Below are positions 57,107-64,000 of a stretch of DNA of 64,000 nucleotides, piece by piece. The stretch is from Mesotaenium endlicherianum (lineage: Eukaryota), in assembly GCA_009602735.1 (NCBI GenBank), contig WELA01002296.1:205972-269971 (forward strand), written 5' to 3'. How positions within the stretch are numbered: position 1 is the first letter of the stretch; each line of letters starts with the position of its first letter. The translations under genes were made by a program, and so were the position numbers. The notes under the pieces were generated by a model. It was not told the DNA's origin and ran no database searches. It saw only the letters and a program-made list of their open reading frames with translations.

Positions 57107-59921
57107 CTATAGATACATTCCATCAAAGAACTCGTCGTGAACAGCTGCAGAGGCAGCATGGTAGAGCAGCACGCGCTTGCGGAATGACTTGAGGCTGTGC
57201 TTCTCTGCTGCGGTGCAAGGCTGTACACAAAAATCAAAACACAACTCAGGCAGTCAATTTGCTACCCACAGCTCCAGCAAGTCAATTGATGCTTTTGGGC
57301 CGCCTAGCTGGACGTGCAGAGAAGTGCGGAGCACGGGCGGAAAGATGACTGAGCCAAGCGCGCGTGCGAACCAAATGGGTGTCGGATGCATGAGAGCTGG
57401 CTCTCTGCAAAGCTTGGGCGGAGGGCAGAAGGAGTATGAGGAGCGCGTTTGGGCCAGCCGGACAGAGAGCTAGACTTGCCCCCAGTTCTAGCTTGACCCG
57501 CATTGCTTAGTCACAACCTCAAAGAGAATATCGACGCAGGAAAACTGAGAGGTAATGTTCTGACATTCTCAAACTTGATGTGGACCTCGGCCCTCAACGT
57601 CAGACACACTCTAGTCTGTATGTCAAACTAAAGGTGTCCAATAGCACTATTGATTGCGAGGCTTCCTGCAGGAAATAATTGTTTGATGCTCATTACATGG
57701 AGGTGGTCTGGTGGACGTGGCAATTTGGACCATGGCCCTGCAGTATGCATGCATTCGTTTTAACCTCTGCAAGATGGAGAAACATACAGGCCTTCTCCGT
57801 AATTCCTTCACCCTTTCCGTTAGACCTCTTGTAACAAGTGCTGGCTTCACAATAACAATGACACCAAAGCAGCGTGATGCGACAACAACAACACGACAAT
57901 AGTGCACCCTGTCATGAATGCATCTTCTCATCTTATCATCGACAGGCACTCGCAGTTGGTGCAGAGGTATACTCACATATGCCTTCTTATTCAGGAGAAT
58001 ATCGGCGAAATAGTGCAGCCACAGGCAATTTGTCTTCGGGAACCTGCCATCGAAGCGCAGAGTGATTGATGGCAGAAGGAAGATGTGGAGGGGATGTCAG
58101 AGGGGGCTTCATGAAGAGCAGAGTGATGATGGCAGCGCTCGTACGTGCTCTAGAAGGAGAGGCCAGGCCACCATGGGACGTGCCAATAAGATTGCTAAGT
58201 GCTTCATGCCTGGAAGAGTGGTGGGAACAAATTTGCTCCTAAGTTTGCTCCACTGCTGAAGGCGAGCTAGCTGAAGAAGCAGCTGATGATGCGAGAATGC
58301 GAGTAAGAAGATGCGGGCGTGATACATAACACCCCGCAACAGAAGAGAGCCGGAGCCAGCTAGACACGACCAATGACGGCGTCCTCGAGCCGTCGTGGGG
58401 TCAACAAAAGAAAAACCGCTCGGTCCTTGGGCCTCCCCAGAGCTTCCACTATGCTACATGAAATTTCGGATAAGAACTTGGAGAGAGGACCCCAGAAAGA
58501 CATTCCTTCAGACATTCCTTCAGACATTCCTTCAGACAATCATGCAGGAGAAGAGCAAACAATTTCATCATTGTACATCTAATTTTCGTGTGACCAGAAA
58601 AAACGTGGGGAAAAAGAAGAAGAAAAAACAGAGAAAGAAAAGAAGAAAAGGGCCTAAGGTGCACTAGGCTTTTTAATTTCTCGGCCGGCCCCGGCAGCCA
58701 CGCAGGAGAAGCAAAGACAAATACGCGTCAGAGTTGCGCACGCTCACCTCTCTTCCCACTTGCCACGTGTCAGCTTCTTCATCCTCCGGTAGGTGTCCGC
58801 CTGCCATCAAGCCATGCCGCCAGCACGCAAGCGTGTGTCACAGAGTTTGGAAGAAAGAAAACCTTATCACGCATGTGCGCTGATAAGTGCCACCTGGCGT
58901 ATATTGCACTGTTGGAAAAAGCCGCCCTCACCACCATCATCCTGGCACCCCCCGTACCGTAGGTTGAAAAGAGCTGAGTGTACAATGTTGGGCTCGCGTC
59001 TAGCGTTTTAGCAGCAGACAACCAAACAGTGATTGACCTATACTTGACCTGTGGTTGACCTCCAGTTGACCTGCAGTTGACCTATACTTGACCTCTAGTG
59101 GACCTGAAAAGACCGTGTTTGCACACATTTGCAGACATTTCCTTCAAGTAGCACTTGATCGTTGACCTGTCATTGACCTGTCGTTGACCTGAAGTGGAGG
59201 AACTGCAGCGTAAGTTTCTCACGCCGTGCGTACGCCTTTGGCGAGGAGATGGGCGCGAGAGGAAAGGGCAAGTCAGGAGAAGAGAGAAGGGGAGAAGAGT
59301 AGGAAGAGTAAGGCGTCTCTGTCGACCCACCTGGATGTCACCCGAAGGGCCTTGGAAGATCTCGGGGTCGGCAGAGAGGTCGAAAAAGAGCACCCTGTTG
59401 CCTGCAAGTCCAGACAGATGCAGGCACCCCCAGGTGACGACACCTGTCAACACTTTCGACGCTCGCGGTTCCTCTCGCACTTTGGCTCTCCGCTCGCCCC
59501 CCCGCGGTCCAACTCTCGGCTTGACTCTTGGCCTGACTCGCAGTCCGCCTTGCAGCTTGACCGGCAGGTCAACTTGCAGGTCAACCCTCGCACCACATCC
59601 AGCTCAAAGCTTCTTCCTCAATTCAATCCATGGCAAAGAGCAGCGGCGTCCCCCCCCCAAGCAGGCAGCCGGCCACCAGGGGGGGGGGCGCATGCGCGCG
59701 GATGCGGCCGTGCTGCCGTGCTGCCGTAGGTCAGATTGATCGACTGATACATTCATGTATGATGGGAGGGAAGGAGGTGGGCCCCGTCAGAGTCGAGCTG
59801 GAGGGCATCGAGTGTAAGGGCTGTATGCGGACAGGTGCTGCTTGGCTGCTGCCACTGCTGCTGCTGTGTTGCTGTGCTACTATTGCTGCTGCTACTGTTG
59901 CTGCTGCTGTTGCTGCTGCTT

Positions 59922-59972
<51 letters not shown>

Positions 59973-62900
59973 GTTGCTGTACTGCCGTGCTGCCGTGCTC
60001 AGTGCGACATGGGTTGGGAGGAGGAAATGGAAAGAGGGCCTACCAGAGTCGAGCCGGGAGAGAGTGAAGTCGATGAGTGACACCTGGACTCCGTGCGAGC
60101 GCACCGCGCAGTCCTTGCCGTCGAGCCGGAAGTGCGCCACCTGGCAGTCCTCGCTCTCCGCCAGCAGCACGTTGCCCCTGCCCAGCCGAACCGAACCCAG
60201 CAGAAACAAGTTCTTGCGGGCTATCAGACCTTCACTACGACCGTGATCGCCTACTGGGCCGCACAGGATTCCTCAATTGCATCTCTTTATATGATAACAA
60301 GTTTTATCTTCTTGAGACAAGAAAAGCACGGCTGAGGCACGACCATCTCAGCCAACGATGCGGGGAGCAGTGGCCGCGACTAATATATTCAAGCCACGTC
60401 AAGATTATCACATTTTCCATCAACGCCCGCCCAGGAGCAAGCTTTGCTGCGCCCTTCAGCGGGCGCCACCTGGCAGGCCCCGAAGCGACGAGCACGAGAA
60501 AGGGGGGCGGGCAGTCGCTCACCAGTGGAGGTCCCGGTGCTCAAACGCGCACGCTTTCTCCGCCACTGCCAGCGCCAGCACCACCTGCCAGACAGCCGAG
60601 CAAGCACTCCCAATGGCCAGCTGAGAAGCTCCCAGAAAGAACGCGGGCTCTTTCGCGTAAGCACTCTCGCATGGGCTCACTAAGAGGCCCATAGAGAGAA
60701 CGCGAGCTCTCTCACGCGGCCTTTCAGGGCAGGGCATGGAAAGGAAAGGTGGCGGGACGATTGGCAGCCCCTTCCAGGCAGGGAGGAGACACTGAGTCTC
60801 GGCCCTCCAACTGCTGCAGCAGGAGGTGTGCCCCTGGGAGGGACAAAGCAGGGCGTGGGTAAGTAGGGCAGTCACAGCTACATCTGCGCAGAGAGGGACG
60901 ATTCTAAGTGTCGCCCCCCCCCCGCTCCGCCGCCCCCCTCCCCACCTCAGGAGGCTGCTGCGGGAAGAGTTGCCCGGTGGAAACGATGCAGAGAGTGTGC
61001 TGCAGCTCTGGCTCTAGGGCTAGGGCTAGGGCTTGGGCTAGGGCAGGGCAGGGCAGGGCTGGAGCGGGGCAGGGCAGGAAAGGGCAGGGCAGGTGAGGGG
61101 CAGGACAGCGCGAGGCAGGGCAGCTTAGGGGCGCAGTGAGTTTCTCTCCCTCTGTGGCGCTGCCAACCTGCAGGAGGATGCTGCGCGCCTGCTGGAAGGA
61201 GGCCACCACGTAGCGCTCCAGGTCGGCGCCGCCGTCCTCAAACACGTACGTCACGTAGCGCTGCCGCCACCCTCGGCACCCCCCCAAGAAGCACAACAGC
61301 AGCAGTTGAGCAACAGCAGCAGCAGTGGCAGCCGCAACCCGCAGCAGCAGGGGGGGGGGAAAGGGCCAAGGGGGGAAGGGGAGCAGAGGAGGGTGGGGAC
61401 GGAGGCATAGCCTGGGCTGGGGCTGAAGTATCAGCGGCTACATCCTGGCAGCAATTTGAGTGCAGAGCAGAAAGAGATGCACGCATGCTGCCTCTCTCTG
61501 AGCCTCCCGCTTGGCTTGTTGTGCATGCACCAAGAGGGAGAGAGGGAGGCCAGCAGAAGCGGGAGCAAGGGCGGGTGGAANTGGTTCTCGGATGCGTTGT
61601 CGTCGTCCCAGTCCTCCCAAGCCCGGATCAGCTCCGGCCCGTACCTCCCCTCGCAGATCCTCACCCTGTGAAGTACACGCAGGGCAAGCAAAGCCCTCCC
61701 TCGGCACTTGCACTGTCAGATATCGGCCCGCCACCTGTCAGGCCCTCCCTCTCGGATCCCGGCTCAGGCAACAGCAGCCTGAGGTGATGAAGCACCCCTC
61801 CGCTGCGGTAGTGACGAATGAGATGCTGGCAGGTGGCACGCTCTAGACGCCCGAGGAGGAGGCGCGAAACCAGAAGCTGGGGCTGGCACTCTCATTCTGC
61901 TCGGGCAGCAGCAGCAAGGGCGAGGCAAGCAGGGCAGAGCTAGCTGAGGAGACACGGCATGCTGGTCCAGCCTGCGACGGAACGGCAACCAGACAACCGG
62001 ATGTGCACTCGGGCAAGGGTCACAGGCAGGGCCAACGCTCGCTAGGGCGCCACATACTGCTGCTGCAGATTGCCTAAACCCGCACCCGGAACCCTCAACC
62101 CCCCTCCCTAAGCCACGGGACAGGTGGCTATGCACTTGGGGAGTACTAGCAAGCAGGGGCAAGGCCCGTGGGATGCCGCATGCTGCTGCTCCAGGTGGCG
62201 ACGGGATTGCCAAGCACAGGTGGCTGTGCACTCGGGAAGAAGCGACAAGCAGGAGAACGCCCCCAGAGATGCCCCATGCTACTGAACCAGACTCTTCCCC
62301 CCCTCCGTTTTTCTCCCCGCCCCTGCCTTCGCCCCAGCCCCCGTCACCCCCTTCCCTGNTCCGCCGTCTGCCCCCCAGCCCCCACCCCCGCCCCCGCCCC
62401 CGCCCAGAGCCAGAGCAGGCACCAGGGGAGCGTTTGGCACAATAGTGTTAAGGGTCAGTTGTAATGTCCCAGTGGAATCATGCCCAGCGTGCCATTTGCC
62501 GTTTTCCCCCAAAACAGAGCCAGCGCTGGCACCAGGGGAGCGTTTGACACGATAATTCTTTACAGTATTACACCCTTCCCCCCCACTAGCAGGGCCTTGC
62601 TTGTGTTTCGTCTGCTGCCTGCGACCAGCCCCACTCAGAGCCAGAGCAGGCACCAGGGGAATTAGAGCAAGACCAATGAAAGGAAGCACAGGGGAGAAGG
62701 GGAGGGGGAAGAAGGGAGGGGGATTACTTTACCCGCTGTGTTTCGCCATTGACAGGCATGTCCCCGTCCATGGGCACGATCTTGAAGCACAGCCCGGGTG
62801 CTCCGAAGGCCTCCCCAAAGGTCCCCTCTCCCAGCTTCCGGATGCTCGAGATGTCACTAAAAAGAGAGAGAGAGAGGGCCACATGGGGGACAACACACAC

Positions 62901-64000
62901 AGGCTCAAGAGTATAAGGCCACGAGTAAAAGAAAGACGGAAAGAACAAGCTGCCGCTTCACCCACGCTGGTCACGATGACCCAGCCCCCAACCTGTGGCT
63001 GGAAACAAGCGTGAGTAGAGAAACGGAAACTTCTCCTTGTTCCACCCTACCTTGTTTATTTCAGTGATGAGCGTCAGCCGTCCTACTGCACGAGTTAGCA
63101 CTCACCCACAAGCTGATATAGACGTACGGACGGCTCGCAAGAAGTAGGAGCCACAATTCACCGCGAGGAGGAGCAGGAGCTGCTGGCGCCACTCACCAGA
63201 AGGAGCCAATGGCCTCCTCGAGCGACACCACCTCCGACTGCCCGCACTCCCTCAACAGTGCCTCGAAGCCCGACAAGATCTCCTCCTCCTCCTCCTGCTG
63301 CTGCTCCTCCTCCTGTCTCTCCTGCTCCTTCTCCTCCTCCGCCTCCGCCTCCTCCTTTGCCTCCTCGGCCTCCTCCTCCTCCTGCTCCACCTGCTCCACC
63401 TGCTCTTCTTTTGGCACCAGCTCTGGTACCACCACAGCAGCCACCCTTTGCTCCTCGGTGTGGGGCAGAACCCCCGCCTCTTCTGACTGTGCCTCCTCTG
63501 ACTCCCCCTCCTCCGGCCCAGCCTCCTCTGGTCCAGCCTCCCCTGGCCCAGCCTCCCCTGGCTCAGCCTCCCCTGGCCCCGCCTCCTCTAAATCTGAGCT
63601 AGGCTCTTGCGCCCCCCCATTGCAAGCCCCACGGCCGTCCCCTTCCTCCTCCTCCTCCTCCTCCTCCTCCTCCTCCTCCTCCTCCTCCTGCCGTTCCTGG
63701 CCTTGTTCCTCCCCTTCCTCCTCAACCTCCTCCTGGAGGTCCTTGTCCGCCACTAATTCTGTCATCGCCTCGATCTTAACCTGCTGTACGTGGGCTCCTG
63801 CCAGCTGGCACGGGGTCTCTGGTATCTCGGCCCGCGCAGCAGCAGCCTCTCCGGGAGTCTCTCCATGGACCAGCAGCCCCCCTGCAGAGCCTCCTGTCTG
63901 ACAGGGCGTCTGCAATCCTCCCCATCCTGCTGCGGGCAGGCGATCCTCCATCCACCCCTCCCTCCTGTGATCTGCATGCGCTTCCTCCCATGCCCCTGCC
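57107..64000 (-). CDS. HASPIN: Haspin serine/threonine kinase; 5' end beyond the window. Exons: >64000-63197, 62856-62733, 62367-(N 62359), 61665-(N 61581), 61260-61168, 60584-60523, 60177-60044, 59401-59331, 58800-58748, 58043-57977, 57220-57107
   Basis: IRKLGEGTFGEAF, FKIVPMDG...VNGETQR, LIRAWEDWD...SEN, EDGGADLE, AVAEKACAFEHRDLHWGNVLL, SLIDFTLSRL, IFQGPSGDIQADTYRRMKK, FPKTNCLWLHY. HRDLHWGN and DFTLSR are diagnostic of haspin. The N-terminal region is long and acidic. Confidence 0.95.
59033..59190. repeat. About 11-bp tandem repeat with TTGACCT core
   Basis: ttgacctatac ttgacctgtgg ttgacctccag ttgacctgcag ttgacctatac ttgacctc, plus further copies at 59161-59190; in a haspin intron. Confidence 0.9.
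59835..59975. repeat. (CTG)n microsatellite, haspin intron
   Basis: gctgctgctg run with interruptions. Confidence 0.95.
62400..62665. repeat. Three copies of cagagccagagcaggcaccagggga, about 110-125 bp apart
   Basis: Copies at about 62405, 62514 and 62636, in a haspin intron. Confidence 0.85.

Overview
Eukaryotic, intron-rich draft-assembly DNA with six long N gaps and four single-N joins. The plant-type gene set, TTTAGGG-like tracts and long repeat-rich introns suggest a streptophyte alga or other early-diverging streptophyte (inference). I assembled seven protein-coding genes by hand with phase-consistent exons: a KNS3/At5g58100-like protein (-, runs off the left edge), nitrobindin (+), prolyl oligopeptidase (-), sucrose-phosphate phosphatase with a transit-peptide-like extension (+), an RmlD-like NAD(P)-dependent SDR (+), a UPF0114 membrane protein (+) and a haspin kinase (-, runs off the right edge). 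There are also three paralogues of an unfamiliar family combining a KCTD-type BTB domain with a Cys-rich C-terminus. All three appear disrupted, and one is split by a clean 616-bp internal inversion. A Ty3/gypsy integrase relic lies in one intron. The most striking pattern is that many introns contain decaying tandem copies (about 65-170 bp period) of their own exon-intron junction, often mixed with telomere-like spacers. Family assignments come from recalled motifs, not database searches.
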